Shown here piece by piece: positions 50,349 to 62,039 of a DNA stretch of 64,000 nt. The position numbers were made by a program, and so were the translations under genes. Source of the stretch: an uncultured Pseudomonadota bacterium (GTDB lineage Bacteria; Pseudomonadota; Alphaproteobacteria; Rhizobiales; Xanthobacteraceae); the NCBI GenBank assembly GCA_963837965.1, contig CAWIPY010000004.1, positions 175,335-239,334 on the forward strand, given 5' to 3'. Under the pieces are notes generated by a model. That model saw only the letters and a program-made list of their open reading frames with translations, was not told the DNA's origin and did no database searches. How positions within the stretch are numbered: position 1 is the stretch's first letter; every line of letters starts with the position of its first letter.

Positions 50349-51401
50349 GTGAAACATTGGACCGCATGGGCAGCCGCCGGCTTTATCGCCGCGACCGCTG
50401 CTATCGCTCCCGCCAAGGCCGACAATATTTCGGGCGCCGGCGCCACCTTCCCCTATCCGATCTATGCCAAGTGGGCTGATGCCTACAAGAAAGCCACCGG
50501 TATCGGCCTGAACTATCAGTCGATCGGCTCCGGCGGCGGCATCAAGCAGATCACCAACAAGACCGTCACTTTCGGCGCTAGCGACGCGCCGCTCAAGGGC
50601 GATCAGCTCGACAAGATCGGTCTTGCCCAGTTCCCGACGGTGATGGGTGGCATCGTGCCGGTCGTCAATCTCTCCGGCATCAAGCCCGGTGAGTTGGTGA
50701 TCGACGGCCCGACCCTCGCCAAGATCTTCATGGGCGAGATCAAGAAGTGGGACGACCCCGCCCTCAAGAAGCTCAACCCGAAGGCCAAGCTGCCGAACGC
50801 CGCAATCGCGGTCGTGCACCGCTCGGACGGTTCGGGTACCACCTTCAATTTCGCCTACTATCTGTCGGACGTCAGCGCCGACTGGAAGAAGAACGTCGGC
50901 TATAACACCTCGGTGCAGTGGCCGGTCGGCATCGGCGCCAAGGGTAACGAAGGCGTCGCCAACAACGTCGGCAACACCAAGGGCTCGATCGGCTATGTCG
51001 AGTACGCCTACGCGCTGCAGAACAAGCTGACCTACACCAAGATGAAGAACAAGGACGGCAAGGTGGTCGCCCCGACCTCCGACGCCTTCCAGGCCGCCGC
51101 CGCCAACGCGGATTGGAAGTCGCAGCCCGGCTTCGGCGTCATCCTGGCCAATCAGCCCGGTGCCAAGTCCTGGCCGATGACCGCCGCGACCTTTATCCTG
51201 ATCTACAAGAAGCCGAGCAATCCGGAGAATGTCGCGCAGGCTCTCAAGTTCTTCGCCTGGGCTTACAAGAACGGCGACAAGATGGCCGAGAGCCTTGACT
51301 ACGTCCCCTTCCCCGACTCGGTCGTGAAGCAGATCGAGGACATGTGGAAGAACGATATCAAGGGCGCGGACGGCAAGGCCGTCTACTCGGCGGCCATGTG
51401 A
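50349..51401 (+). CDS. pstS: Phosphate ABC substrate-binding protein
   Basis: [25 protein letters not shown] and GNEGV motifs. Confidence 0.97.
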   Translation: MKHWTAWAAAGFIAATAAIAPAKADNISGAGATFPYPIYAKWADAYKKATGIGLNYQSIGSGGGIKQITNKTVTFGASDAPLKGDQLDKIGLAQFPTVMGGIVPVVNLSGIKPGELVIDGPTLAKIFMGEIKKWDDPALKKLNPKAKLPNAAIAVVHRSDGSGTTFNFAYYLSDVSADWKKNVGYNTSVQWPVGIGAKGNEGVANNVGNTKGSIGYVEYAYALQNKLTYTKMKNKDGKVVAPTSDAFQAAAANADWKSQPGFGVILANQPGAKSWPMTAATFILIYKKPSNPENVAQALKFFAWAYKNGDKMAESLDYVPFPDSVVKQIEDMWKNDIKGADGKAVYSAAM

Positions 51402-51552
51402 TCCATGTGATCCATGAATGAATCACGGGAAAGGGCGCCATCCTGGTGCCCTTTCCTTCTCCACCGCCGCCCACAAGACGGCTTGTCATTTGGCCGCAAG
51501 GCCGTTTGAGTGACGCTCCCGGACGCGTTTTCCGCCAGCCAAGGGAGTGCCG

Positions 51553-52572
51553 ATGCAACCGACCGGGAGAGAGCCTGTGGTCGATGTAGCGTTGCAGGGA
51601 GGCGCCATTTCCGTCGCCGTGCAGACCGATCGGGCCAATGTCCTTCAGCGCCTGCGCCTGCGAGACGCCGCCTTCCGCCATTTGACCCGCCTCGCCGCCA
51701 TCGCCGTGCTGATCATTCTCAGCGGCATCATTTTCTCGCTGGTCTACGGCTCCTGGCCTGCGCTGACCACGTTCGGCCCGGCCTTCCTGGTCACCGAGGT
51801 GTGGAACCCGGTCACCAACAAATTTGGCGCGCTGGCGGCGATTTACGGCACCCTCATCACTTCGGTCATCGCCATGCTGATCGCGGTGCCGGTCGGGTTG
51901 TTCATTTCCTTGTTCCTCACCGAACTGTGCCCGATGTGGCTGCGCCGCCCCATCGGCATCGCCATCGAGCTGCTCGCCGGCATCCCGTCGATCATCTACG
52001 GCATCTGGGGCCTGTTCGTGTTCGCGCCCTTCCTGCAGAGCACTTTGCAGCCCTTCCTGATCGACACGCTTGGCAACATTCCCGGCATCGGCAACCTGTT
52101 CGCCGGCCCGCCCTACGGCATCGGCATTCTCACCGCCGGCCTGATCCTCGCCGTCATGGTGCTGCCCTTCATCACCTCGATCTCGCGCGACGTGTTCGAG
52201 GCGGTGCCGCCGGTGCTCAAGGAGGCCGCCTACGGCGTCGGCTGCACCACCTGGGAGGTGGTGCGCTACGTGGTGCTGCCCTATGCCCGCGTCGGCGTCA
52301 TCGGCGGCGTCATGCTCGGTCTCGGCCGCGCGCTCGGCGAGACCATGGCGGTCACCTTCGTCATCGGCAACGCCCACCGGATTTCGTCGTCGATCCTGGC
52401 CCCGGGCACCACCATTTCCGCCACCATCGCCAACGAGTTCACCGAGGCGGTCGGCGACCTCTACACGTCCTCCCTGATAGCCCTCGGCCTCATCCTGTTC
52501 GTCATCACCTTCATCGTGTTGGCCATCGCCCGTCTCATGCTGATGCGTATCAATGCCAGGGTGGGAGGCTGA
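51553..52572 (+). CDS. pstC: Phosphate ABC permease
   Basis: [25 protein letters not shown] and RALGETMAV motifs; start approximate. Confidence 0.95.
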   Translation: MQPTGREPVVDVALQGGAISVAVQTDRANVLQRLRLRDAAFRHLTRLAAIAVLIILSGIIFSLVYGSWPALTTFGPAFLVTEVWNPVTNKFGALAAIYGTLITSVIAMLIAVPVGLFISLFLTELCPMWLRRPIGIAIELLAGIPSIIYGIWGLFVFAPFLQSTLQPFLIDTLGNIPGIGNLFAGPPYGIGILTAGLILAVMVLPFITSISRDVFEAVPPVLKEAAYGVGCTTWEVVRYVVLPYARVGVIGGVMLGLGRALGETMAVTFVIGNAHRISSSILAPGTTISATIANEFTEAVGDLYTSSLIALGLILFVITFIVLAIARLMLMRINARVGG

Positions 52573-52573
52573 A

Positions 52574-53431
52574 ATGGCGGACGCGCGCGCAACCCCGCTC
52601 TACAATCGCCGCCGCCGCGCCAACGTGATCGCGGTCGCGCTCGCCATCGGCGCCACGGCCTTCGGCCTGATCTGGCTGGTGCTGATCTTGGGCGACCTTT
52701 TGTGGGAAGGCTTTAGCGGCCTCAACCTGGCGGTGTTCACCCAGATGACGCCGCCGCCCGGCTCCGCCGGCGGCCTGCTCAACCCGATCATGGGCAGCAT
52801 CCTCATGACCGCGGTCGCGGTGGCGATCGGCACGCCGCTCGGCATCCTGGCCGGCACCTACATGGCCGAGTACGGCCGCTACGACAAGCTCAGCATGGTG
52901 GTGCGCTTCATCAACGACATTCTCCTGAGCGCGCCATCGATCGTCATCGGCCTGTTCATCTACGAGATCATGGTCGCGCAGATGGGCCATTTCTCCGGCT
53001 GGGCCGGCGCCGTCTCGCTGGCGGTGATCGTCGTGCCGGTGGTGGTGCGCACCACCGAGGACATGCTCACGCTGGTGCCCGACACCCTGCGCGAGGCTGC
53101 CGCTTCCATCGGCCTGCCGCGCTCGCTGATGATCACCAAGGTCGCCTACCGCGCCGCCCGCGCCGGCATGATCACCGGCGTGCTGCTCGCGGTCGCGCGC
53201 ATCTCCGGCGAGACCGCGCCCCTGCTGTTCACCGCGCTCAATAACCAGTTCTGGAGCCTCGACATGAACGCGCCGGTCGCCTCGCTGCCGGTGGTCATCT
53301 TCCAGTTCGCACTGAGTCCTTACAAGGATTGGCAGCATCTGGCCTGGACCGGCGCGCTGATCATCACGCTGGCGGTGCTTGCGCTCAGCATCATCGCCCG
53401 GACACTCGCGGGACGGAGCAAAACATCATGA
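52574..53431 (+). CDS. pstA: Phosphate ABC permease
   Basis: [15 protein letters not shown] and [10 protein letters not shown] motifs. Confidence 0.95.
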   Translation: MADARATPLYNRRRRANVIAVALAIGATAFGLIWLVLILGDLLWEGFSGLNLAVFTQMTPPPGSAGGLLNPIMGSILMTAVAVAIGTPLGILAGTYMAEYGRYDKLSMVVRFINDILLSAPSIVIGLFIYEIMVAQMGHFSGWAGAVSLAVIVVPVVVRTTEDMLTLVPDTLREAAASIGLPRSLMITKVAYRAARAGMITGVLLAVARISGETAPLLFTALNNQFWSLDMNAPVASLPVVIFQFALSPYKDWQHLAWTGALIITLAVLALSIIARTLAGRSKTS

Positions 53432-54249
53432 GCGTAGCCAGCATGACCGCACCCACGCCGGCGCCGACGCCGAATGCCACGTCCGCGGAGGGGCTGGTGG
53501 AAAAGATCATCGTGCGCGACCTGGACTTCTTCTACGGCGACAACCGCGCGCTCAAGAGCGTCAACCTGTCGCTCTATCAGAACCGGGTGACCGCGCTGAT
53601 CGGCCCCTCCGGCTGCGGCAAGTCCACGCTCCTGCGCATCCTCAACCGCATGTACGACCTCTATCCGAGCCAGCGCGCGGTCGGCCACGTGCGGCTCGAC
53701 GAACACGACATCCTCTCGCCCTCGCAGGACCTGAACCTGCTGCGCGCCAAGGTCGGCATGGTGTTCCAGAAGCCGACGCCGTTCCCGATGACCATCTACG
53801 AGAATATCGCCTTCGGCATCCGCCTTTACGAGAAGCTGCCGAAGTCGGAGCTCGACGACCGCATCCGGCACTGCCTGCAGCGCGCCGCCCTCTGGGAAGA
53901 GGTCAAGGACAAGCTGAACGCCAGCGGCCTCTCGCTCTCCGGCGGCCAGCAGCAGCGCCTGTGCATCGCACGCACCGTGGCGGTGCGCCCCGAGGTGATC
54001 CTGTTCGACGAGCCGTGCTCGGCGCTCGATCCCATCTCCACCGCCAAGGTCGAGGAACTGATCGACGAACTGAAAGAGGACTATACGATCGCCATCGTCA
54101 CCCACAACATGCAGCAGGCGGCGCGCGTCTCCGACTTCACCGCCTTCATGTATCTGGGCGAGCTGGTTGAATTCGGCGAAACCACGACCATCTTCACCAC
54201 GCCCAGCGACCGCCGCACGCAGGATTACATCACCGGCCGCTTCGGCTGA
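53428..54249 (+). CDS. pstB: Phosphate ABC ATPase
   Basis: [24 protein letters not shown] and YITGRFG motifs. Confidence 0.97.
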   Translation: MSVASMTAPTPAPTPNATSAEGLVEKIIVRDLDFFYGDNRALKSVNLSLYQNRVTALIGPSGCGKSTLLRILNRMYDLYPSQRAVGHVRLDEHDILSPSQDLNLLRAKVGMVFQKPTPFPMTIYENIAFGIRLYEKLPKSELDDRIRHCLQRAALWEEVKDKLNASGLSLSGGQQQRLCIARTVAVRPEVILFDEPCSALDPISTAKVEELIDELKEDYTIAIVTHNMQQAARVSDFTAFMYLGELVEFGETTTIFTTPSDRRTQDYITGRFG

Positions 54250-54283
54250 GCACAAGCGCCAAATCGGCAGGGCGGGACCAAGG

Positions 54284-55003
54284 ATGACCACGATGTCAGA
54301 CCATACAATGAAGGCATTCGACTCGGACCTGCAGGATCTCGCGCGCATGGTCGCCGAGATGGGCGGTCTCGCCGAAAAACAGGTCGCCGACGCGGTCGAC
54401 GCGCTGGCGAAGCGGGACACCACGCTCGCCCAGCGGGTTGCCGTCGCCGATGCCAGCATCGACGACCTGCAGCGCGAGATCGAGGAAAAATCGGTCCTGA
54501 CGATCGCCCGCCGCCAGCCCATGGCGGTCGACCTGCGCGACATCGTCGGCGCGCTGCGGCTCGCCAACGACCTCGAGCGCATCGGCGATCTCGCCAAGAA
54601 CATCGCCAAGCGCGTGATCGCGCTCAACGGCGAATTCCCGCCGCCCAAGCTGATCCGCGGCGTCGAGCACATGACCGACCTGGTGCTCGAGCAGCTCAAG
54701 ACCGTGCTCGACGCCTTTGGCCGCCGCGACCTCAGCAAGGCCATGGCGGTGTGGCGCGGCGACGAGGAGATCGACGCGGTCTGCACCTCGGTCTTCCGCG
54801 AACTGCTCACCTACATGATGGAAGACCCGCGCAACATCACCTTCTGCATCCACCTGATGTTCTGCGCCAAGAACATCGAGCGCATGGGCGATCACGCCAC
54901 CAACATCGCGGAGACCGTGCACTACATTATCGAGGGACGTCCGCCCGCCGACCAGCGGCCGAAGGGCGATACCACCACCATCGCCCTGGCGGGCCGTGCC
55001 TAG
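54284..55003 (+). CDS. phoU: Phosphate signalling protein PhoU
   Basis: RRQPMAVDLR, DLERIGDLA and ERMGDHATNIAE motifs. Confidence 0.96.
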   Translation: MTTMSDHTMKAFDSDLQDLARMVAEMGGLAEKQVADAVDALAKRDTTLAQRVAVADASIDDLQREIEEKSVLTIARRQPMAVDLRDIVGALRLANDLERIGDLAKNIAKRVIALNGEFPPPKLIRGVEHMTDLVLEQLKTVLDAFGRRDLSKAMAVWRGDEEIDAVCTSVFRELLTYMMEDPRNITFCIHLMFCAKNIERMGDHATNIAETVHYIIEGRPPADQRPKGDTTTIALAGRA

Positions 55004-55007
55004 AGCC

Positions 55008-55056
55008 GCGCATGATCCCGAAAAGCGGCAACCGGATTTCGGAAAAGATCATGCGC
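55008..55056. repeat. Short REP-like palindrome
   Basis: GCGCATGATC...GATCATGCGC arms. Confidence 0.7.
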
Positions 55057-55073
55057 CAAGGAAGAATGCTTCG

Positions 55074-55775
55074 ATGAGCGCACGCATTCTGATTGTCGAG
55101 GATGAGGAGCCGCTGACCATGCTGCTCCGCTACAATCTCGAGTCGGAGGGATACGAGGTGGAAACTGCCGGCCGCGGCGACGAGGCCGACACGCGGCTGA
55201 AGGAATCGACGCCCGACCTCGTCGTGCTCGACTGGATGCTGCCCGGCCTGTCCGGCATCGAGCTGTGCCGCCGCCTGCGCGCGCGGCCGGAGACGCGCCA
55301 GCTCCCCATCATCATGCTCACCGCGCGCGGCGAGGAGAGCGAGAGGGTGCGGGGGCTCGCCACCGGCGCCGACGACTACATCGTCAAGCCGTTCTCGGTG
55401 CCCGAGCTCTTGGCGCGCGTGCGCGCGCTGCTGCGCCGCGCCGCCCCGGAGCGCGTCGCCACCGTCTTGACCATCGGCGACATCGAGCTCGACCGCGACA
55501 AGAAGCGTGTGGTGCGCAACGGCCGCCCGATCAATCTCGGCCCCACCGAATACCGCCTGCTCGAATTCCTCATGGAGCGGCCCGGCCGCGTGTTCTCGCG
55601 CGAGCAACTGCTCGACGGCGTCTGGGGCTCCGACATCTATATCGACGAACGCACCGTCGACGTGCATGTCGGCCGCCTGCGCAAAGCCATCAACCGCGGC
55701 CAGGTCGCCGACCCGATCCGCACCGTGCGCGGCGCCGGCTACGCCCTCGACGACCGCTTCGGCGCGGCGATTTAG
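55074..55775 (+). CDS. phoB: Phosphate-regulon response regulator
   Basis: LDWMLPG, GADDYIVKPFS, ERTVDVHVGRLR and TVRGAGY motifs. Confidence 0.96.
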   Translation: MSARILIVEDEEPLTMLLRYNLESEGYEVETAGRGDEADTRLKESTPDLVVLDWMLPGLSGIELCRRLRARPETRQLPIIMLTARGEESERVRGLATGADDYIVKPFSVPELLARVRALLRRAAPERVATVLTIGDIELDRDKKRVVRNGRPINLGPTEYRLLEFLMERPGRVFSREQLLDGVWGSDIYIDERTVDVHVGRLRKAINRGQVADPIRTVRGAGYALDDRFGAAI

Positions 55776-55802
55776 AGCAAGTTCCGTTTGGACGGACCTG
55801 AA

Positions 55803-55889
55803 CTCGGCTCATTCCCGCGTGAGCGGGAATCCAGCTCTTAAATCAGATCAAGGGAAGAACCGGGTCCCCGCTTTTGCGGGGGCGAGCGG
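55803..55889. repeat. REP-like palindromic element
   Basis: ATTCCCGCGTGAGCGGGAATCC and GTCCCCGCTTTTGCGGGG hairpins. Confidence 0.75.
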
Positions 55890-56093
55890 GTGATTTCCTG
55901 CCAATGCGACCGCTTGATTAAACCCCCGCCGCTATCTCTTTCTCGCTCCACGCAAAAAGCGTTCCCGCAAAAAACTTATCCCCGCTCGCTGCAACGGCTT
56001 TATCATTGCGGCGCTTTGTTCGGATGCGCGATGCCGTCTCGAGGGCGTCGTGCGGAGGGGCAGGGCGCGGCGCGCCGACAATGCGTGCCGCAA

Positions 56094-56249
56094 ATGGAGC
56101 GCCGGGAGGCGCAGCACCCCCGATCGCAAGGGGGTGGCGCGCCCGGGGCGGGCCTCATCACCCCGCTCCCGAACGGCGCGCGTGGCCGCCCGATCGCAAG
56201 GGCGGCCCAAAGGGGCCTCGCAAGCCCCTGGCGCCTCCCGGCGCTCCAT
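56094..56249. repeat. Highly structured element: 19-bp perfect inverted repeat enclosing four hairpins
   Basis: ATGGAGCGCCGGGAGGCGC / GCGCCTCCCGGCGCTCCAT; two hairpins share the loop GATCGCAA. Confidence 0.75.
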
Positions 56250-56511
56250 TCCCCCTTTTCGGGGGACGGAAAAAGGGAACAGGCCTACCCCGGGCCTTCA
56301 ATAACAGGGGCGGCGGACGTTCGCTTCGCGGGCTGTTTGAAAAAATTGAGTGCGGAAGAGCGCGCGCGCTCAGCAAATTCCGCTGTCGTCCTCCGCAGGC
56401 GGAAGGACCGAGTACACACGAAGAGCGAAGTATTACTGGATGCCCCGCAGGAGCCTGCACTCCGCGCAGGTGGATGCGGGCAGGACAGCGGCGGAGTACG
56501 CGGGTCTTCTG

Positions 56512-56997
56512 CTAACCCCGGAACGACCGCTTCTCGCGCCGGCGCTCGGAGGCCGGCTGGTAGGCGACACGCGAATGATACGAGCAATAGGGCAGTTCGT
56601 TCGCGGTATCGCCGCCGCAGAAATAGAAGCCTTCGCTGCCGGGATCGCCGATCGGCCAGCGGCAGGTGTGCTCGTTGAGCTGCAGCAGCGTCTTGCGCTG
56701 CTCGGCCGGGATTTCGATGAGATCCGGCTCGGGCTCTACCTCGTAGTCGTAGGCGAGCGCTGTATTGCCGCGTATGGCCGGCCGCGACACCCGCATCATG
56801 CCGGACGGGCGCGCCTTGCGCGGCCGCGGCGCGGTAGAGGAAGGGCTCTTGGCGCGCCCCGACAGGCCGAGGCGGTGCACCTTGCCGATGACGGCATTGC
56901 GCGTGATGCCGCCCAGTTCGGCGGCGATCTGGCTGGCGGACAGCCCGTCCGCCCACAGCTTCTTCAGGAGTTCGACCCGCTCGTCCGTCCAGCCCAT
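56512..56997 (-). CDS. gcrA: Cell-cycle regulator GcrA
   Basis: WTDERVELLKKLWADGLSASQIAAELGGITRNAVIGKVHRLGL and CRWPIGDP motifs. Confidence 0.96.
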   Translation of the reverse strand: MGWTDERVELLKKLWADGLSASQIAAELGGITRNAVIGKVHRLGLSGRAKSPSSTAPRPRKARPSGMMRVSRPAIRGNTALAYDYEVEPEPDLIEIPAEQRKTLLQLNEHTCRWPIGDPGSEGFYFCGGDTANELPYCSYHSRVAYQPASERRREKRSFRG

Positions 56998-57422
56998 TGG
57001 GTTTCTCCTCGGCAACCAGTGCCTTGGTCGGAATCCATCCCTGTCGTCAGGCTGCCCTCCGGCACCCGACGCTTTACGCTCCAGGAGATGAACAGATTTC
57101 GTTTGCCGTACGATATGTCGTACCGGCCTAGCTCAAAGCTACAATATCGGGTGACTCGCCCGCAAGCTTTAGCAAGACCGGAACCCCAGCTATCAACGGT
57201 TTTTCCTTTAGAATCGGCGCTTGCGGCAATTTTGAGTCATGATCGGCCGGCTCGCGCGTGTTGACAGGCAGGGACCCGGCAATAGAATGCAAAAAGTGCC
57301 GCCCGGCGAGGCGGCACATTTCTTTTCGGCGCGCGCACGACGCCGATAAGTCCGGTGCCCTGGGGCGCTTCGTGCGGTAACGACACACTCGTTCAACGCA
57401 ACGCTGGTTAAAGAACAAGACC

Positions 57423-58625
57423 GTGAGCTCGCACCTGTTGCCGACCTATGCCCGTGTCGACCTCGCTTTCGAGCGGGGCGAGGGCGCTTGGCTGTTTACG
57501 ACGCAAGGCGAGCGCTATCTCGATTTCACCTCCGGCGTCGCGGTCAATGCCTTCGGTCACGCGCATCCCTACATGGTCGAGGCGCTCACCGAACAGGCCA
57601 AAAAGCTCTGGCACGTCTCCAATCTCTACCGCATCCCGCAAGGCGAGCGGCTGGCCGACCGGCTCTGCGCGCTGAGCTTTGCCGACACGGTGTTCTTCCA
57701 GAACTCCGGCGCCGAGGCGATCGAATGCGCGATCAAGATGGCGCGCAAATACCAGTCGGCGTCCGGCAAACCGGAACGCTACCGCATCGTCACTTACGAG
57801 GGCGCTTTCCACGGCCGCACGCTCGCCGCCATCGCGGCGACCGGCAACAAGAAATACCTGGAAGGCTTCGGCCCGCCGGTCGAGGGCTTCGATCAGGTGG
57901 CCTATGCCGATCTCGCGGCGACCAAGAAAGCCATCGGGCCTGAAACGGCCGCCATCATGATCGAGCCTGTCATGGGCGAGGGCGGCGTGCGCGTGGTGCC
58001 GCACAATTTCCTCAAGAGCTTGCGCGATCTCTGCGACAAGCACGGCCTGCTGCTGATCTTCGATGAGATCCAGACGGGCATAGGCCGCACCGGCGACCTG
58101 TTCGCCTATCAGCATACCGGCGTCACCCCCGACATCATGACGCTGGCGAAAGCGCTGGGCGGCGGCTTTCCCATCGGCGCCTGTCTCTCGACGGCGGAAG
58201 CGTCCAAGGGCATGACCGCCGGCACGCATGGCTCGACCTTCGGCGGCAACCCGCTGGCCATGGCGGTCGGCAATGCGGCGCTCGACCTCGCCACCGGCGA
58301 CGGCTTCATCGACAATGTGCGCAAGACCTCGCTGCTGCTCAAGCAGCGCCTCGCCGAGCTGAAGGACCGGCATGCCTCCGTGCTGGCGGAAGTGCGCGGC
58401 GAGGGCCTGCTGATCGGCCTGCGCATGCTGCCGCCTGCCGCCGCCATGGTCGACGAATTGCGCGCCGAAAAGATGATCACGGTCGCCGCCGGCGACAATG
58501 TTGTGCGGCTGCTGCCGCCGCTCATTATCGGCGAGGAGGAAATCGCCTACGCCGTCGATGCGGTCGACCGCGCCTGCGCGCGCCTCGCCCAGATGCAGGC
58601 GCGAGCGAAAGAGGCCGCGTCATGA
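57423..58625 (+). CDS. argD: Acetylornithine aminotransferase
   Basis: GAFHGRT, FDEIQTG, AKALGGG and [11 protein letters not shown] motifs. Confidence 0.95.
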   Translation: MSSHLLPTYARVDLAFERGEGAWLFTTQGERYLDFTSGVAVNAFGHAHPYMVEALTEQAKKLWHVSNLYRIPQGERLADRLCALSFADTVFFQNSGAEAIECAIKMARKYQSASGKPERYRIVTYEGAFHGRTLAAIAATGNKKYLEGFGPPVEGFDQVAYADLAATKKAIGPETAAIMIEPVMGEGGVRVVPHNFLKSLRDLCDKHGLLLIFDEIQTGIGRTGDLFAYQHTGVTPDIMTLAKALGGGFPIGACLSTAEASKGMTAGTHGSTFGGNPLAMAVGNAALDLATGDGFIDNVRKTSLLLKQRLAELKDRHASVLAEVRGEGLLIGLRMLPPAAAMVDELRAEKMITVAAGDNVVRLLPPLIIGEEEIAYAVDAVDRACARLAQMQARAKEAAS

Positions 58626-59548
58626 GCGGGCCCGACGTGCGACATTTCCTCAACCTGATCGACATTCCCAAGCGGACGCTTGCCGGGATGATCGAGCACA
58701 GCCGCGCGATGAAGGCAGCCCGGGCGAACGGCGCCGGCGGCGCGCCGCTTGCCGGCAAGACGATGGCGATGATCTTCGACAAGCCCTCGACCCGCACCCG
58801 CGTCTCCTTCGATGTCGCGATGCGGCAGCTCGGCGGAGAGGCGATCATGCTCACCGCGCAGGAAATGCAGCTCGGCCGCGGCGAGACGCTGGCCGACACG
58901 GCGCGCGTGCTCTCGCGCTTCGTCGATGCCATCATGATCCGTATCCTCGACGACGAGGCGGTGGCCGAGCTCGCGCGCTACGCGACGGTGCCGGTGATCA
59001 ACGGGCTCACCCGCCGCTCGCATCCCTGCCAGGTGCTGGCCGACGTGATGACGTTCGAGGAGCACAAGGGCTCCATCCGCGGCCGCACCGTGGCCTGGAC
59101 CGGCGATGCCAACAACGTGCTGGCCTCCTGGATGCACGCCGCCGAGCGGTTCGACTTTCAACTGCGCGTGGCCTGTCCGGCCGAGCTCAGGCCGAAGAAA
59201 TGGCTGATGGATTGGGTCAAGTCGTCGGGCGCCGCGATCGAGATCGGCGACGACCCGGAGGCTGCGGTGAAGAACGCCGACTGCGTGGTCACCGACACCT
59301 GGGTGTCGATGGGCGACCGCGACGGCAAGCACCGCCACAATGTACTCAAGCGCTATCAGGTGAACGGCGCGCTGATGGCCAAGGCCAAGTCCGACGCCGT
59401 GTTCATGCACTGCCTGCCGGCGCACCGGGGCGAGGAGGTCACCGACGAGGTGATCGACGGGCCGCAGTCGGTGGTGTTCGACGAGGCGGAGAACCGCCTG
59501 CACGCCCAGAAGGGTCTGCTCGCCTGGTGCCTGCACGCGGACACTTGA
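58622..59548 (+). CDS. argF: Ornithine carbamoyltransferase
   Basis: [17 protein letters not shown] and AENR motifs. Confidence 0.97.
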   Translation: MSGPDVRHFLNLIDIPKRTLAGMIEHSRAMKAARANGAGGAPLAGKTMAMIFDKPSTRTRVSFDVAMRQLGGEAIMLTAQEMQLGRGETLADTARVLSRFVDAIMIRILDDEAVAELARYATVPVINGLTRRSHPCQVLADVMTFEEHKGSIRGRTVAWTGDANNVLASWMHAAERFDFQLRVACPAELRPKKWLMDWVKSSGAAIEIGDDPEAAVKNADCVVTDTWVSMGDRDGKHRHNVLKRYQVNGALMAKAKSDAVFMHCLPAHRGEEVTDEVIDGPQSVVFDEAENRLHAQKGLLAWCLHADT

Positions 59549-59550
59549 CG

Positions 59551-59688
59551 GTCATTCCGGGGCGCGGGCGTTGGTCCGCGAACCCGGATTCCATAACCCC
59601 TGTGCTGCGGAGTATGGATTCCGGGCTTGGCGGCATAGCGCGTCGAAAGCCGCGCGTAAGCGCGCTTGTGGCGCCGTCCCGGAATGAC
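59551..59688. repeat. REP-like palindromic element
   Basis: GTCATTCCGGG...CCCGGAATGAC arms; internal GGATTCC repeats. Confidence 0.85.
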
Positions 59689-59728
59689 AGCCTCTCGAAT
59701 TCGCGCATCGAAAAACTACATAGCGCTC

Positions 59729-60748
59729 ATGAGCGATCCCATGATGAACCAACCGCAAGCGATCCCTTCCCGCGCCCCGTCGGCGACGCCGACCGACGAC
59801 ATCGTCACGCCGTTCGAGGTGGCCAAGCTCGATCTGCGCGGCCGCGTGGTGCGGCTGGGGCCGGTGGTCGACGAGATCCTGGACAAGCACGGCTATCCCG
59901 CGCCCGTCGCCAAGCTGGTGGGCGAGGCGGTGGTGCTCACCGTCATGCTCGGCTCGGCGCTGAAGATCGAGGGCCGCTTCATCCTGCAGACGCAGACCGA
60001 CGGCCCGGTGCGCCTGTTGGTGGTCGACTTCAGCACCCCCGGCAAGGTGCGCGCCTGCGCCAAGTTCGACAAGGCGCTGGTCGCCGAGGCGATCGCATCC
60101 GGCGATGTCACGCCCGGCCGGCTGCTCGGCCACGGCCATCTCGCCATGACCATCGATCAGGGGCCCGAGATGAGCCGCTACCAGGGCCTGGTGCCGCTGG
60201 AGGGCGGCTCGCTGGAGGATGCAGCGCACGAATATTTCCGCCGATCCGAGCAGATTCCGACGCAGGTGCGCCTGGCGGTGGCGGAAGAGCTGCGCCAGGC
60301 CGCGGGCGGCGCCAGCCATCGCTGGCGCGCCGGCGGCATCATGCTGCAGTTCCTGCCCAAGGCGCCGGAGCGCGCGCGCATCGCCGACCTCCACCCCGGC
60401 GATGCCCCGGAGGGCATGGAACTGCCCGAAGTCGCGGAAGACGATGCCTGGGTGGAAGGCCGTGCCTTGGTCTCCACCGTTGAGGACCTCGAGCTGATCG
60501 ACCCCGCGCTGTCCAGCGAGCGGCTGGTCTACCGGCTGTTCCACGAGCCCGGCGTGCGTGTGTTCCAGCCCGGCGACGTGCGCGCCGAATGCTCCTGCTC
60601 GCGCGACACCGTCGAGGCCATGCTCAAGAGCTTCTCGCAGGACGACCGCGACCACATGGTCGAGGACGGCAGGATTTCCGTCACCTGCGAATTCTGCAGC
60701 GCCAACTATCTGTTCGAGCCGCATGAAGTCGGCGCCAAGGTGAGCTGA
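59729..60748 (+). CDS. hslO: Hsp33 redox-regulated chaperone
   Basis: CSCSR and CEFC zinc motifs; YQGLVPLEG. Confidence 0.93.
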   Translation: MSDPMMNQPQAIPSRAPSATPTDDIVTPFEVAKLDLRGRVVRLGPVVDEILDKHGYPAPVAKLVGEAVVLTVMLGSALKIEGRFILQTQTDGPVRLLVVDFSTPGKVRACAKFDKALVAEAIASGDVTPGRLLGHGHLAMTIDQGPEMSRYQGLVPLEGGSLEDAAHEYFRRSEQIPTQVRLAVAEELRQAAGGASHRWRAGGIMLQFLPKAPERARIADLHPGDAPEGMELPEVAEDDAWVEGRALVSTVEDLELIDPALSSERLVYRLFHEPGVRVFQPGDVRAECSCSRDTVEAMLKSFSQDDRDHMVEDGRISVTCEFCSANYLFEPHEVGAKVS

Positions 60749-60768
60749 CAGGCGGATTAACTCTGCTT

Positions 60769-60890
60769 CGTCATCGCCCGGGCCGCCGCGTAGCGGCGTG
60801 ACCCGGCAATCCGGTATCTTCGCAAAGACGATGGATGCACGGCCCGCAGCGTAAAGACGACGCTTCGCGCCTTTTTGCCCGCGCATGACG
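60769..60890. repeat. REP-like palindromic element
   Basis: CGTCAT...ATGACG ends; internal GACCCGGCAATCC and GATGGATGC. Confidence 0.8.
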
Positions 60891-60899
60891 GAGTAGGCG

Positions 60900-61604
60900 A
60901 TGCGCCGGACCGTATTCGCGATCGCTTTGCTGCTCGCGCCATTCGCCGCGCAGGCGCGGAGCTGTCCGGCACCACTTGCTTCCGCCAGACGTCTGGTGCT
61001 CGTCGTTGCGCCCACCTGGTCGAGCCCGACCGCCAGCGTCCGCCGCTACGTACGTGCCGCGCCGGCTGCGCGCTGGCGCGAAATCGGCGGGCCGGCGAGC
61101 GCGCTCATCGGCCACCGGGGCGTCGCGTGGGCGCATGCCTTCCGCCGGTTTCGCCGCGCCAGGGAGCCGGTCAAAGTCGACGGCGACAAGCGCGCGCCTG
61201 CCGGTTTCTTTTCGATCGGCGCGAGCTTCGGCTTCGCCCCCTCGCGGCTGCCCGACTATCTGCATATCGCGGCCGGCATGGTCTGCGTCGATGATGCGCG
61301 CTCTCCCGCCTACAACACGATTACGTCGCGCGCGCGGGTTGGTTGGCGGGTGCACGGCGAGAACATGTGGCGCGCCTCGGCCTATCGGCGTGGGTTGCTG
61401 GTCGACTATCCCAGCGACCGCCGCGATCGCGCCGGTTCCTGCATCTTCATCCATCTGCGGCTGCCCGGCATGACCGGCACCGCCGGCTGCGTCGCTCTGC
61501 CGGAGCAGCAGGTGACGGCATTGCAGAATTTCGCCCAAGGCGGCGCCGTGCTCGCCATTCTGCCGCGGCAGGCCCTGGCGCGGTTCAGCGGCTGCCTGCC
61601 CTAA
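60900..61604 (+). CDS. L,D-transpeptidase (YkuD) family protein
   Basis: Signal peptide, DGDKRAPAG, SCIFIH...TAGCVAL (His...Cys). Confidence 0.85.
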   Translation: MRRTVFAIALLLAPFAAQARSCPAPLASARRLVLVVAPTWSSPTASVRRYVRAAPAARWREIGGPASALIGHRGVAWAHAFRRFRRAREPVKVDGDKRAPAGFFSIGASFGFAPSRLPDYLHIAAGMVCVDDARSPAYNTITSRARVGWRVHGENMWRASAYRRGLLVDYPSDRRDRAGSCIFIHLRLPGMTGTAGCVALPEQQVTALQNFAQGGAVLAILPRQALARFSGCLP

Positions 61605-61993
61605 TTAATCGTCCGCGTGCCCTCGCTCGAATCGAGCGAAAAGGCCGGCACCTCGATGTCGAAGTGCTCGCCTTCCGTGGTCACCATGCCGTAGCTGCCC
61701 AGCATGAAACCGGAAGGGGTCGGCAGCGGCACGCCGCTCGTATATTCGAACGATTGCCCCGGCTTGAGCACCGGCTCCTCGCCGACCACGCCCGGGCCTT
61801 TCACTTCCTGCAGGCGGCCGAGCGCGTCAGTTATGCGCCAATGCCGGGTTTTAAGCTGGACGGTCTCGCCGCCGAGATTGGCGATCTCGATGGTGTAGGT
61901 CCAGAAGTAATAGCCCTCGCCCGGCGACGAGCGTTCCGCGGAAAAACGCGGCGTCACGGTGACCTCGATCTCGCGGGTAACGGCTCGATACAT
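61601..61993 (-). CDS. apaG: ApaG protein
   Basis: YTIEIAN, RHWRITD, GPGVVGEEP and FEYTSG motifs. Confidence 0.95.
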   Translation of the reverse strand: MYRAVTREIEVTVTPRFSAERSSPGEGYYFWTYTIEIANLGGETVQLKTRHWRITDALGRLQEVKGPGVVGEEPVLKPGQSFEYTSGVPLPTPSGFMLGSYGMVTTEGEHFDIEVPAFSLDSSEGTRTIN

Positions 61994-62039
61994 GGCCCGA
62001 CATTATCCGCATCTGGGGGTGCGAAGAAAAGACGCCTCG

